From assembly GCA_965645245.1 (NCBI GenBank), contig OZ287070.1, forward strand, positions 2,542,001 through 2,606,000: a DNA stretch of 64,000 bases, given 5' to 3'. Positions 51,029-63,613 of the stretch are shown piece by piece. Within the stretch, counting starts at the first letter, position 1; each line of letters starts with the position of its first letter. The position numbers were made by a program, and so were the translations under genes. The notes under the pieces were generated by a model, which saw nothing but the letters and a program-made list of their open reading frames with translations, did not search any database and was not told the origin of the DNA. This stretch comes from Massalongia carnosa (taxonomy: Eukaryota).

Positions 51029-51330
51029 ATGTGTGATTATATCAAGGCTACATATCAGTGCGGACATATCCGCTATTTAGTAAAAGCCTGGTATTTTAGA
51101 TATAAAAAAACGCAAAAGACGTCTCCCCCAACGTGGTGGCTGAGTGAGTTAGAATCATCCTACATTTTCAAGGTTGAAGCATTAGTAACCTTTTTGTTGG
51201 CAGAAAAAGCGAGCCTAACGTGAAATGCGGTCCGTCTGCAATCGTTGTCGTCCCCGTCGAATGGATTCTTTTCATCTGCTTCATCTTTCTGTTGAGAATA
51301 TCGAGAATTGATCTTCAATCTTTCTTAATA
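51029..51330 (+). pseudogene. Remnant of a small Cys/His protein gene (MCDY..Y.CGH.RY type)
   Basis: MCDYIKATYQCGHIRYLVKAW followed by intron-like signals. The downstream frame looks broken and the end is approximate. Confidence 0.4.
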
Positions 51331-52857
51331 GGAGAATGCCGTAAAACTCCACATTTTATCTAGGGTTCGGGTTTTCTCGCTCTGGCCTATATGCTTCAGT
51401 TGAGAACCCATCATGGACTTCTACGTCGCTATTTATTCGTCAACCACAGACTGCGATTGCCACCTCTGTTATCAAGCCAGAATATGAAACGCCCATAAGT
51501 CTCATAACAGTTCTCCTCTCTCAGATGCACGTTGACGGTGAGTCTGTTTAATCGTACATTCACAAAGTACCCTCTAACAAGCACATAGAGCAGTTTCGTG
51601 ACATTCCGCTTCCACTACCAGCCATTTCCCAATAGCCCAGTATGTCTGGTGGATGACACTAGCGGCTTGATTTGCGGACGTTCATGAAGTAGACGGGTAT
51701 TGCGTTCATTCCCAGCCAAGCAGACGGCAAATCAGGAGCCCAAGTATGAAGATGAGTGCAGCTATCAAGCAGTTACAGGAACCGATTGTGGATTGGAAGG
51801 GGTCATATAAAAGGACCCGGGGAGATTGAGTGACGTGCCTGTCGCCTATTCGGTACAAGCAAGTTTTTGGATAACTCGGCTTGTATTCACCTTGTCTGTG
51901 AGGTGATTAAATTGCGTTGATAGGAAGGTTGCGGAAGGAGGTCGGGTCTTTGACATGCAAGGGGTAGACCTGGATGTTGATGTCCAACGGAGGTTGAGAG
52001 CTGTCTCTCAGCAGAGTAGGTCTAGCTGAGCCAGAAAAGGGAGTTGTTGTTGCTGTGAAATGCGCCCAGATGACGGGCTGGCCAGAGAGGCCGGAGCTGA
52101 AGCAAAGATGATTTGCATTGTATTTGATTGAGGCGTAAATAATATTAGATACGGGATTCGCCACAACCGATTGCAGAGATAAAGAAAGATACACGCGAAA
52201 CGGAACCTACAGCTCCTGCAAGCTCCTGCAACTGTTATTCCAGCGACTACATATCCGTGCCACCCACATCGCTCGGTTCGCCTCGCTTATTTGAATACAT
52301 CTGCCACAATCGTAGAATGGTCTAGCAGAATGTCTAGATCCGGAACGAGGTAGTTCACAGTATACTTACATTGACCAAATCGAGAAAATGTGGCTTTGTC
52401 AACGTCTTCTAGTCTTTGAGTATACTACTTGAACTGCTGCTTGGTCCGTAGATCATAGCATTGCCGCGCTGATTGCTAACGTTACGAATCTTGAAGTTAG
52501 ATGCTGAGTTACAATTGGCCTAGCTTTCTCTTAGGTGGTCTGAAAATCTAGACAAATCGGTAGTTCGATAGATTCCTCTTGTGGTTGGTCAAGACGGTTA
52601 TATCATCCTCTCTCCTACGACTAACACTCCTAGTAAATATCAAAAGGTAGTATAGTGGATAGAAGATAGAACACTTGCTTTGTTCTATATGGATAGACAT
52701 GTACGGTATCCTACTATTAGACTAGCGATACGTCTAGCCATTAGCGTGCGCCATACTCGTGCGGTAGAAGGTGAGTGCGGCTGAAATGAAGTAGCCTGAT
52801 TTGTACATTCTAACACCTTGAGGGTTGAGCCGTATGAAGCCTAAGTCAGACTATATA

Positions 52858-55328
52858 ATCGTCGGCTCGTTTAGCTCCGTTGGATCCGACTAAAACAACT
52901 TTTCTTAGCAACCACCTTGATTTATTGACTCTAAATTTCGAAAATTGATACGTATAGCCCTTGCAGCATTTATTCGGTAAAATAACTTCTCAATTACCTC
53001 ATTTGCAGCACTGTATCGCCTCCGTCGCATTTCCAGCATTTAACCTTCGTCGCATTTTCAGTCTGCCAAACCAACCATGGATCGTTCCAACGCCGCCCCC
53101 CTCACCCCCCTCACCTCATTGGAAGAGGCGAAGCAATTTTTGGAGGAACATCCATCCGAAAGCAAGACCACGGCAGCGATAATTTTTGGCCTCAATGTCA
53201 AAACATTGACGGCCTCTATTCGACGGAATTCTAGAACGAAAAAGGGAGTACAAAATCGAATGATGAAGGATCATGAAATAAGAGCTCTTGATCAATTTAT
53301 TCGATCTTTATTGGCACATGGAATTCCGCCTACACATCAGATTGTTTTCAATGCAATTGGAAGTCTGAAGAGAGCTCATGATCCTGCCTTCGTAGGTCCA
53401 TCTCAAAGATGGCTTCGGAGTTGGTGGAAAAGTAGCGATCTTCATAAAATAAAGACAAAACCATTGCCAATGACACGTTTTGAAGCAGCCCACGAATCAG
53501 GTTTGATGCAATGGTTTGAAAATTATAAGCTTGTTTTAGAAGAATTGGAAATTCGTCATCGACGAAACATTCTGAATTTCGATGAGGCGGGGTTTCGTAT
53601 CGGCTGCATGAAGGGGCAGGAAGTTCTGCTTCCCCTAGATATCAGACAATTTTACGCTGTTAGCCCGGAAAACCGCAGATCTGCGACCATCATGGAGACA
53701 ATAAATGCCGCCGGCGATTTCCCCCCCCCTCCCATGATTATCATACAAGGGCATGACATCATGGCTACCTGGTTTTCAGAAGATTTGCCGCAGGGCACAC
53801 GTATCGTACCTTCGAACAGTGGTTTTACATCTGATAAGATAGGGATTGAATATCTGCAGCATCTCATCAAGCACACAGATTGCGGACCTGATGCGGATTG
53901 GAAATTGCTGCTGATGGATAATCATGGCAGTCATATAACTCCTGAATTTGTCAAATTGGCTAATGAGAATCGGATTCGTCCCTTTCCATTTATTCCGCAT
54001 TTGACTCATTGCATGCAACCATTGGATGTGGGCGTATTTCAGCCTTATAAATATTGGCATGACAAAGCTATTTCGGAATTTGTTGCGAAGTCATTTATTG
54101 ATTATTCTTTGACTCAATTTCTGCAAGATCTCGGCAAAATCAGAAATCAGACATTCAAGCCTTCTACAATTCGACATGCTTTTGAAAAGTCGGGAATGTG
54201 GCCTATTAATCCGAAGCAATGCGTCAAACTTTTGAAAGTTTTCAATCCTGACTCTGATCTAGTCGAGACTGATCCTAAGTTGCCACTGCTACCTCGTCGA
54301 ACTCATCCTCAGGAAATAACTGATATAGAGTATGATTTTCAGGAATGGGGTCCTAAAATTCAGAAATTCATGCAATGGAGCGATCCAGTCCGTGCTGAGG
54401 AATTTAATTCCTTCGTCACCAACACTAGCGAAGTCGTTTCGAAATCGATTCTCAAAGAGGCAGAACTGACAATGTGGCAAAAGACAAGAATGCAACAGTT
54501 GCATGGTCGGAAACTATCTCGCAAGCGATTGAAGCCCGAAACAGGAAAATTGGGACTTACAAAGGAAGATGCGGATGAAGCTATAGCCATAAAAACTCGA
54601 CAGGAAGAGGAGGCTGAGAAGAAACGGGCGGACAATAACTTCATGAGATTATGGCGAGGTGAAAGGGACGACATTCATGTCAAGGGGGTTGCTGCTCGAA
54701 AGGCAGAAAGAGATCGCGTCAAAAGACTGAAAGAAATGCAGAAAGGATTCGGTGCCATTCCAGCTGAGATGTATGAGGCAATTCCTGACCCCGAGGCATT
54801 ATGGAAGGCGACGAATCATGTGTGGATAGCTGAGGAGGCGAAAAAGGAAGCCAGGAAGAATCCACGTGCCAGTGCCAATGCCAACTATGAAGAAGACGTC
54901 ACGTTTATTGTAGATGAGGCTGGGACTAGAAATGAAGATATTCCGGACATTCCAGAAGAAGAAGCATGGCTGCGTGATGATTTCGTATCTTTCGATCTAG
55001 GTTTCGAACCGGGAGATGCTTGGGATGGGGAAGATGCGGGGTATGCGGGGTATGCGGAAGATCAGAATGATCAGAATAGTCAGGGGGATCAGGGGGGTCA
55101 GGGGGGTCAGGGGGATGATTTTAATCACGGCTTTGATGATGACGATGCCTTTCGAGCTTTTCATGAAATTTAGAATCAATAAATCAAGGTGGTTGCTGAG
55201 AAAAGTTGAAAAAGTTGAAAATTTTCTGATTTTGGCAGGATGCATCGCTTGCCGGGATGCTTCGCTTTCCCCGACTAAAAGGCGAACGCCTTTTAGTCGG
55301 ATCCAACGGAGCTAAACGAGCCGACGAT
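52858..55328 (+). mobile_element. Intact pogo/Fot1-family (Tc1/mariner superfamily) DNA transposon, 2471 bp
   Basis: Perfect 38-bp TIRs ATCGTCGGCTCGTTTAGCTCCGTTGGATCCGACTAAAA, TA TSD, and an uninterrupted transposase. Confidence 0.95.
53077..55173 (+). CDS. DDE_1 (pogo-like) transposase, 698 aa
   Basis: NFDEAGF, LLLMDNHGSH, HLTHCMQPLDVGVFQPYK; acidic C-terminal tail. Confidence 0.95.
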   Translation: MDRSNAAPLTPLTSLEEAKQFLEEHPSESKTTAAIIFGLNVKTLTASIRRNSRTKKGVQNRMMKDHEIRALDQFIRSLLAHGIPPTHQIVFNAIGSLKRAHDPAFVGPSQRWLRSWWKSSDLHKIKTKPLPMTRFEAAHESGLMQWFENYKLVLEELEIRHRRNILNFDEAGFRIGCMKGQEVLLPLDIRQFYAVSPENRRSATIMETINAAGDFPPPPMIIIQGHDIMATWFSEDLPQGTRIVPSNSGFTSDKIGIEYLQHLIKHTDCGPDADWKLLLMDNHGSHITPEFVKLANENRIRPFPFIPHLTHCMQPLDVGVFQPYKYWHDKAISEFVAKSFIDYSLTQFLQDLGKIRNQTFKPSTIRHAFEKSGMWPINPKQCVKLLKVFNPDSDLVETDPKLPLLPRRTHPQEITDIEYDFQEWGPKIQKFMQWSDPVRAEEFNSFVTNTSEVVSKSILKEAELTMWQKTRMQQLHGRKLSRKRLKPETGKLGLTKEDADEAIAIKTRQEEEAEKKRADNNFMRLWRGERDDIHVKGVAARKAERDRVKRLKEMQKGFGAIPAEMYEAIPDPEALWKATNHVWIAEEAKKEARKNPRASANANYEEDVTFIVDEAGTRNEDIPDIPEEEAWLRDDFVSFDLGFEPGDAWDGEDAGYAGYAEDQNDQNSQGDQGGQGGQGDDFNHGFDDDDAFRAFHEI

Positions 55329-55518
55329 TAGCATTGTTGCGGATTTACTGAGACTGTTCCACCCTTGAAAGATGGATGTTCGTTCCTGTGTAAGTACGTC
55401 TGCGCCCATTTCGTTCCTTTGGCCCCCACGTGGCGCTCTACACATCCGGATTGCCACAACGCTCATATTGGCATACCCTTCGCACTTGAGCACGAATCTA
55501 ACTCCGCACATCTTGTAG

Positions 55519-56982
55519 TGCAGCCAGCTCGCCCATGCGTCTGGCTTTGGCGCAAAGCTCTTTTTCCCAGGGAGCGCTGGATATCAAGCGACCGAACAGT
55601 CGTATTGGTCTCTGCAAGAACGCTCACTCACTCCCACCTGCATCTTCGTCCCAGACGCAGCTCACGATGTCTCCAAGGCTATCTCGATCCTTTCCGATGA
55701 CAACAAGTGTATCTTTGCCATCAAGGGCCAGAGTCATGCACCGGCCGCTGGCTTCGCCAACATCGACGACGGCGTGACCATCGACATGACAAAGCTCAAC
55801 TCCGTGAGTGTCAGCGAAGACCATGTCGTCGCCCACGTTGGCGCAGGAGCCTCATGGTTAGACGTCTACTCGTATCTCGACGCCCTGAACCTGTCAGTTG
55901 CTGGCGGCCGGAACGGAGCTGTCGGCGTGGGAGGATTGATGTTGGGTGGTGGGATATCTTACTTTGCTCCGCGTGTTGGGTGGGCGTGTGACAGCGTGAT
56001 CAACTTTGAGATCGTGCTTGCGTCTGGACACCTGACCAACGCCAACGCGACCTCTGCGCCCGATCTTTTCCGTGCCCTCAAGGGCGGCGCCAATAACTTT
56101 GGGGTCGTGACGCGTTTCGATCTCGCCGCATTCCCGCAGGGCGAGATCCTGCAGGGGCCCATCAGTAGTCCTTTCTCTGAGCGCGAGGCCGTGTTCAAGG
56201 CCTTTGTCAACCTTGCTGGATCCCCGCGTTATGACCCATATGCGTCGTTGGTGACCGGGCTGACCTGGCTGCCGTCCACCGGCTGGGGGAAAGTGACGAC
56301 CACGGCTGCCTACACGAAACCAGCTGCCAACCCGCCCGCATTCATGGAGTTCATGACCGTGCCCAACACGACGAGCGCGCTCAAGCTCACTAAACTCAGC
56401 GCAATTGCAAACGAGACCGCCACGCCGCTCTGGGAATGGATCTTCCACACGGCCACCTACGGCGTCTCGGCCTCGCTGCTCGGCAAGGTCACGGCCAGCT
56501 TCAACGCGACCCTGTCGACCACCACGATCCCGAGCCTCATCCTTTGGACCTTTGCCCTGGAGCCCATCCCCACCGCCATCACGCAGTACGGCGACAAGAA
56601 GGGCGGCAACTCGCTCGGCACCTCTCCCCAGGCCGGTAACGGCGTGGTGCTGCTGCTGACGGGCATCTGGAACAGCACGACGGACGACGCTCTGGTGGCG
56701 CAGACGGCGGGCAAGATGCTCAGAGACGCCAATGGCATTGCAAAGAGCATGGGACTGCTGCGTGAGTTCCAGTACATCAACTACGCGGATCCAGGCCAGG
56801 ACCCTATCGGCAGCTACGGGGCGGCGAACGTGCGCCGGCTCAAGGCAGCGAGCCGGAAGTATGATGCGAAGGGCGTTTTCCAGAAACAAGTTCCGGGAGG
56901 GTTCAAGCTGCCTTTGTTGAGAATTGAGCCGAGATGTCTGCTTATTAATAAGAGCACTAACCGAATGCGGATCAGGCACTAA
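55519..56982 (+). CDS. FAD-binding oxidoreductase (main exon; N-terminus unclear, C-terminus extended by LTR sequence)
   Basis: Frame is open from 55519: SYWSLQ..PTCIFVP, FAIKGQSH, VGVGGLMLGGGISY, DLFRALKGGANNFGVVTRF, YINYA, KYDAKGVFQKQVPGGFKL. Confidence 0.88.
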   Translation, partial: CSQLAHASGFGAKLFFPGSAGYQATEQSYWSLQERSLTPTCIFVPDAAHDVSKAISILSDDNKCIFAIKGQSHAPAAGFANIDDGVTIDMTKLNSVSVSEDHVVAHVGAGASWLDVYSYLDALNLSVAGGRNGAVGVGGLMLGGGISYFAPRVGWACDSVINFEIVLASGHLTNANATSAPDLFRALKGGANNFGVVTRFDLAAFPQGEILQGPISSPFSEREAVFKAFVNLAGSPRYDPYASLVTGLTWLPSTGWGKVTTTAAYTKPAANPPAFMEFMTVPNTTSALKLTKLSAIANETATPLWEWIFHTATYGVSASLLGKVTASFNATLSTTTIPSLILWTFALEPIPTAITQYGDKKGGNSLGTSPQAGNGVVLLLTGIWNSTTDDALVAQTAGKMLRDANGIAKSMGLLREFQYINYADPGQDPIGSYGAANVRRLKAASRKYDAKGVFQKQVPGGFKLPLLRIEPRCLLINKSTNRMRIRH

Positions 56983-59900
56983 GGGTTATTTCGGCCGTGG
57001 CAACACATCACTAATCATTCGAGATGTCATCCATCTGCCAGCTAAGGGAGGCAAAACGGAATATATTGTTAGATGGTGAGGCTACCATTGGTTAGATGGT
57101 CAGGCTACCATCAATATAGGCATCCATCGTGAGTCACACGGGTGTCTACCAGGCACCTATGGAGGTGCCTAACAGGCAGCTATGGGAGCCCTACAGCATT
57201 ACTGCTGTGTGACTGCTATAAAAGCAGGTAGATAGCCCACATAGATAATAACCCTCAATGACATGTATGCTTCTTATTTGCCCTACTTCCGTTTCATGAT
57301 CAATAGCCTGGTGTTTCAACAGGTTATGAGCCCGGTCAGCTATTAGAGAAATAAGAAGCCATTGATATTCGACTCCACCCTACTTCGTTTCGTCCCAATG
57401 TCTTCATCAGCTGCGTCAACGTCGACCACCCCGCTGGGGTCCGGAAAAGGGCCGGAAGAAGAGTCGACGAGTGAGAATGTTGATGGCCAGTATAAGGCTG
57501 GTGTGGGATTAAAAGGTGAGATCAAGGTGACAAAACTGACACAGGATAACTTTCGTACCTGGATGAAGATCATGCGACTTAATCTAATCGGTAAGAAGTT
57601 GTGGGGTATCGTCGACGGTAAGACAGCACGCCCCAGCGATTCTAGACCGAATGATCAGACGTCTTGGGAGTTTGATAATGCAACGGTTATGACCTACATC
57701 ATGACGTCTGTAGACGACGAGCAGTTGCAGCACATCGTACTCTTGGACACCGCCAAGGAGCAGTGGGACACGTTGTATCGAATTCATCAGGACATAGGAA
57801 AAACACGGCTGGTTCCCCTACTGCGAAGACTGTCAGCGTATCGAGCTAGACCTTTACAGACGGTGGAACAGATCGCGTCGGAGCTTAGAAAGATAGCTTC
57901 AATCATAGGAGAAATCAGACTTGAGGAAAAGCCTTCGGATTTCTTTCTAGCTCGTACCCTTCTAGACTCGGTGGACGGCAGCGCGTATGCAATGGCCCGA
58001 GCCCTGTTGGAAGAGAAAGACGATTTGACCATGTTGATGGTCATCGAAAAGTTCAAAGAAGTTGAACAGAAGAACAAGGACAATGAGGTAAACATTCACG
58101 AAGTTGCTAATAGGGCGTCATCCGATCGAAAGTTCAGTGGAAAATGCTACCATTGCGACAAAGTGGGGCATATAAAGACCAGCTGTTTCTTATGGTTGAA
58201 AACGGATGAGGGCCAGAAGCATCAAAAGGGGAGTGAGAATACTGATCATATGTCGAATAAAACCCGAGGTAAATCATCGAACGGGGGACGGGGCCGAAAG
58301 CCGAAGAAGTCGGAAGAGGCACGACTGACCCGAGAGGATGAAGATGACGCTCGATCCGAAGCCAGCGATGCTTCAGAGTACGCCAGGATGGCTGTTGAAG
58401 ACGCTGAAGAATATATTCAGGCCGCCCAATTCGAAGCCCAGGAGGAATATGCCCTGGCCGCGACTGCACGAATGGGGGCTGGATCTGAAGCCCAGGCCGC
58501 TCGATTTGGCGCGATTGCGCAAACGGGGGCTGGCACTCCATCGAAGGAATGGATTATTGACTCCGGAGCGAGTCGGCACATGACTCCTGATAGGGGGTTA
58601 TTCGTCAGCATGATGCTGATTAGGACGACAGTGAGGGTGGCCGATGGTACGGTCATTTTGTCAATTGGTAGAGGAGACGTCCTTGTACGGATGAGAAACG
58701 GGGAGAAGATACGACTGACTGAAGTGTTATTTGTCCCCGAACTCGATACCAACCTACTGTCGATACGAGCTCTTCAGGCGAAGGGAATTTCCGTCCGCTT
58801 CGGCCTGAATGGAGTCGAAATCACCCGCGGTGAGGCCTTATTGGCCACCGGAGTGTTGTCCGGATCGTCGTACCTATTGAGGCTAGCCAGAGAGGATGTG
58901 GCCTTGATTACTGAGGTAACGAAGGAGAAACACTCACCGAACCCGGCTCGGGATGATTATTTGTTATGGCATGCGCGAATGGGGTATATCAGTCTCAAAA
59001 GACTAGAGAAACTTCCATCATTGACCACCGGAACGGGTGCGATCAAAGGAGTGGATGCAACCGCTCATTCTGATAAGTGCGTCACCTGCAAATATACCAA
59101 AATGACGAAGGTAATCAGTCGAATGCCGCCATTGAAATCAACGCGACGAGGAGAACGTTCGTTTTCGGACTATTGGGGCCCGTACAAGGTAGCGAATCTT
59201 CAAGGATCACAATATTTCCTGTCATTTGTCGATGATTTTTCTCGTCGATCTGAGGTGTATTTTGGATCGAGGTTGACCCTGAAAGAAAACTTTCAACGAT
59301 ATAAAGCGAAGTTCGAAGTCGAGACTGGAGAGAAGCTAGGTCTAATTCGTACGGACAACGCAAAGGAATATCACGCTTTGGAAAAAGACCTTCTGAAAGA
59401 AGGCATTCAAATGGAGTTTACAGACCCGTACACCCCTGAGCAAAACGGGGTCGCTGAGCATCTGAATCGAACCCTAATGCAGATGGTTAGGGCTATGCAA
59501 CTATGGGCTGGATTGCCCAGGGAATTTTGGGGGGAGGCCTTGATGGTCGCGAATTATCTTCGGAATCGGCTCCCAACCAATACACACGGAGGGAAAATGA
59601 CTCCATACGAGGCCTGGTACGGCCGAAGACCGGATCTGGGCCACTTACGAACCTATGGATGTTTGGTTCATGCCCGTATCCCCAGCGAAAGAAGAGACAA
59701 AATGGATGTCGTCTCATTTCAGGGAGTATTCGTCGGGTACCACTCATCAAAACAATATCGAATTTATAACCCCAAAACGAAGAAAATCGGATGGCATTCG
59801 AGCCTTGATTTTTTCGAGGACTGGCCTCGGGGACCATTGTTTAACGTTCCTACCGAGTCAGGGACATGGGAAATTGACACAATTGACAGCGATTACGAGC

Positions 59901-61761
59901 CCGACAAGTATCTCGACAATCAACTCATCACCAACGAGGGGGGAGATAAGGTCATTGGTGATAACGGCCAAAACAAGAATTTATCAGTAGGGGCTGACCC
60001 CACATCTCAAATTGAAAATCCTGAAGAGATTACATCGCCAGTGGGAGCTGATCCCGCCTCTTCAAATGAAGGAATACCCACGATTGGACTGAATGCTCAG
60101 TCAAACACAGGTATCCCTGCAACTATCGAAGGCAAATCGCCCAGAAAAAGGACTCCTACAACGACTGCATTCACCCGATCAAAGAGAGAGAGAAAGCCGT
60201 ACGACAAATACGCATTCGACAATAATCAAGCTCTTCAAACAAATGACGATCATGATCCCACTTCGTACAGTGAGGCCGTCAACGGAAAAGACTGGCGAAA
60301 ATGGAAAATAGCCATCAAAGAAGAACTCGATGCCCTACTGTCAAACGGAACATTTTTGGTGGTAAATCAGCCCTCGAATCGAGACCTGATCACGTCCAAA
60401 TGGGTATTCAAGGTAAAACGTCATGCGAATGGAATGATTGATCGCTACAAAGCACGTCTGGTAGCCAGAGGATTTAGTCAGAAATACGGAATTGACTATA
60501 ATGAAACGTTTGCCCCAACCCTGAGATGTGAGACACTCAGAATTCTCTTTAGGATAGCCGCCGAACTGGATCTGGAAATTCAACAGGCCGATGTATCAAA
60601 CGCGTACCTTATAGGTGAATTAACAGAGGAAATATACATGGAGATACCTGAAGGACTTGAGGTCAAAGGACATGAGAAAGCAATTCTTCTAAAAAAGGGA
60701 TTGTACGGCTTGAAGCAATCAGGGCGAATTTGGAATCAACGTTTCAAAAAATTCGTCATAAGCATCGGATTCAACGTTATTCCGGCCGACAATTGTGTCT
60801 TTTATCAGCAAAGTTATTATAGCCATCTATGTGGACGACATTTTGTATTTCGGACAACAAAACTCGGATATCAAAGCTGTAAAGATACTTATCAGCGAAG
60901 AGTTTAAGGTACGAAACATGGGGGAACCACGCTCAATTCTTGGTATACGCAGCACCAGAGATAGAGCAAAAAGAACAATCACCATGGATCAAACAGCCTA
61001 CATTGAGAGGTTCCTTCGCGATTATCAGATGGACCAGTGTCGGCCCGTTTCCACCCCTATTGAGGGACGCTTGTCGTCTGCAAACGAAAAAGACGTTCGT
61101 ACCAATCAGCTGGAATATCAACGACGAATAGGAAGCTTGATGTATGCCATGACTGCAACCCGTCCTGACTTAGCCTACTGCGTGGGAAAATTAAGTCAGC
61201 ACAGTCATGATCCAACCGAATCACATCGCAGCGCTCTGGATCGAGTCTTTCGCTACCTGAAAGCCACGTCAAAATTGGGATTGATCTTTGACGGTAGCTC
61301 CGAAGTAATTGCATTTGCCGACTCCGATTATGCTAATGAAAAAGCTGACCGAAAGTCAACTCACGGAATGGTAATGAAAATTTTCGGGGGAGCGTGCATC
61401 TGGCGAAGTGCCAAACAGCGATCGACGTCATCATCGAGTACCGAAGCCGAATACGTCTCCATGTGCGAAGCCGGAAAACAGCTCGTTTGGGCCAGCAGAT
61501 TAATGAGTCAATTGCATCTGCGTCCCAACAAGGCCATTGACTTGAAGGGTGACAATCAGGGATGTTTAGCACTTATTAAAAATCCTGAACATCACTCTCA
61601 TACAAAACACATTGACGTTCAATATCACTACATTCGGGAAATCGTCGACGATGGGTTAATTCGAATTTCCTACGTCCCCACGGCCGAAATGTTAGCTGAC
61701 ATATTCACCAAGCCTTTGCCACAGGCATCATTCGAACGGCTCCGGGCAAGCCTAGGGGTGA
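56915..61761 (+). mobile_element. Ty1/copia retrotransposon, near-complete gag-pol with one frameshift near 60800; 3' end interrupted
   Basis: 5' LTR TGTTGA(56915)..TCAACA(57321), then GGTTATGAGCCC. CYHCDKVGHIKTSC, WIIDSGASRH, integrase TDNAKEY/PEQNGVAE, RT YKARLVARGF/YVDD, RNaseH ADSDYA/KHIDVQYH. Confidence 0.95.
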
Positions 61762-63613
61762 TGTCAGGCGATTAGGGGTCACATGACCCGCCATGGGTCA
61801 CATGACCCACGAACCCCTATGAGATATCCCTCAGTTAGCTAGCCTAGACCTCCCATAGATCAATACACACCACTCCTTTTCACCCATATTCCACATTAGC
61901 CCATACAGCTTGATAGTTATGAGCCCGGAGAGCATAGAAGCTTCAATTCCTACTCATTGATCTAGTTGAATAAAACCCTCTTCCCAAAACGATCCAACAA
62001 AACGATCAAAATGGAGGAGACCAACAAAGCAACGATGATCGCCCTAACTCCCAAGAATTATCATCTATGGATTAGGGAATTACAAGGAATATCCAAGAAA
62101 GCGAAGGTATGGCAATATGTGGACCCCAATAGTTCAAAACCGGAGCCCGAAGAGGGAGAATATCCGGAAGTTTCACAATATCAAGTCCCTATTCAAGCAC
62201 AGCCAGCAGGTGGAATTGCTTACCCCATTATAGAAGGTGGAGTTGTAATAGCCACGAAATCGGCTGAGAAATACGGCGATTTATCGGCTGAGCAAAAGGA
62301 GGACTATAAAATGGAGATATCAGCCTATAAGATGAAGGAAAAACAGGTGGAGAAGGTCGCCCAAGGACTCAGAATAGTGGACAATGCACTAAAGAGCTCC
62401 GCACGAGCATACATCCCCCCCAATAAGATGGCTTCATCGGTTAGGGAAATAGTGAAAATTCTGGCTGCAAGATATAAGCGGTCAGATGACCAAGTCATAG
62501 AGCAATTGCATGAGCAATTTCTAGCCCTAAAAACCCCGCCCATTAAAGGTAAAATAGAGGCATGGGTAGCTGATTGGGAGAATATTAAGGGACAAATTGT
62601 TGAGCTCAATGTAACGGGCCTATTTGGCTCCGAGACTATATTCATCAATGAATTTCTCCAATCAGGGAAGAAATGGGCTCCCAATTTCTGTGAAAACTGG
62701 GTAATGCAGCATAGGGCTGCTAAGATGACGGTTGAATTTTACGAGACAACCAGGGAATATCGTTTAGCCGTGGAATCATTCCTGAATGAGGCACAATCAA
62801 CGTCTAGAAATCAAGCTAATGCAGCCTCGCTGCAGGGGCAAATGCAAGACGAAAATAAAGGTCCGGGGCCTAGCCAATCAAGTCAATGGAATGGCCAATC
62901 AAAAGAGGCCAGATTCAAGGATACAAAGTGCGTATGTGGGAAAATACACCTGTTCAGGCTATGCCCATATATCGTCAAATCAGCTCGGCCCCCTGCATGG
63001 AAGGAAGATAAAACCGTACGCAATGAAATACGTCAGAAAATTCAGTCAAACATTCGGTTTTTCATGGCCATTAAGAAGGTCATCGACACCAACATACTAG
63101 ATGGAATAACTGAGGAGTCAGTCAAAAAGAGCTCCCAAAAAGCAGAGAATGATCAACATAATCAGGGCAATCACATTGAATTGCCTAGTCAATCCTTCTC
63201 GTTTGCGAACGTTACATCTAGGGCAAATAACCCCTTGCATAAAAGCGTCATCTTTGACTCTGGATGCGATAACCCTCTGACCTATGATAAATCACGGTTT
63301 ATAGGAGAGATAACCCCAACTTCGTCAGACATGTGGGTGGACACCCCCGACGGGGAGATGAAAATCCATGGTCATGGCACAATGAGGGTAAATGGCCTAT
63401 TGAATGGCCAGAAAAGGAAGCTATTATTCGAAGGAACAGCTTATATTCCTGATTCATCAGTGACGTTGGTTTCGGCCAATAAGTTGAAAAAAAGAGGCTT
63501 TTTCTGGGATATGTTCACTGATACCCTTATAGTTAAGGAGACAGGGCAACAAATATGTGAAATAAAGGAGCACTATGGGCTCTCAATCATAGAATATAAC
63601 CCTGAATCCATAG
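61762..63613 (+). mobile_element. Second Ty1/copia element (5' LTR, gag, protease), inserted in the last codons of the first
   Basis: LTR TGTCA(61762)..TGATA(61915), then GTTATGAGCCC. ORF 62011-63663 has CVCGKIHLFRLC and IFDSGC. Confidence 0.85.

Noticed and set aside
52480..52815. Possible degenerate LTR upstream of the pogo
   Set aside because: The 5' terminus is not TG and no TSD was found.
55894..56979. 361-aa antisense ORF
   Set aside because: Shadow of the GC-rich FAD oxidoreductase on the opposite strand; no independent motifs.
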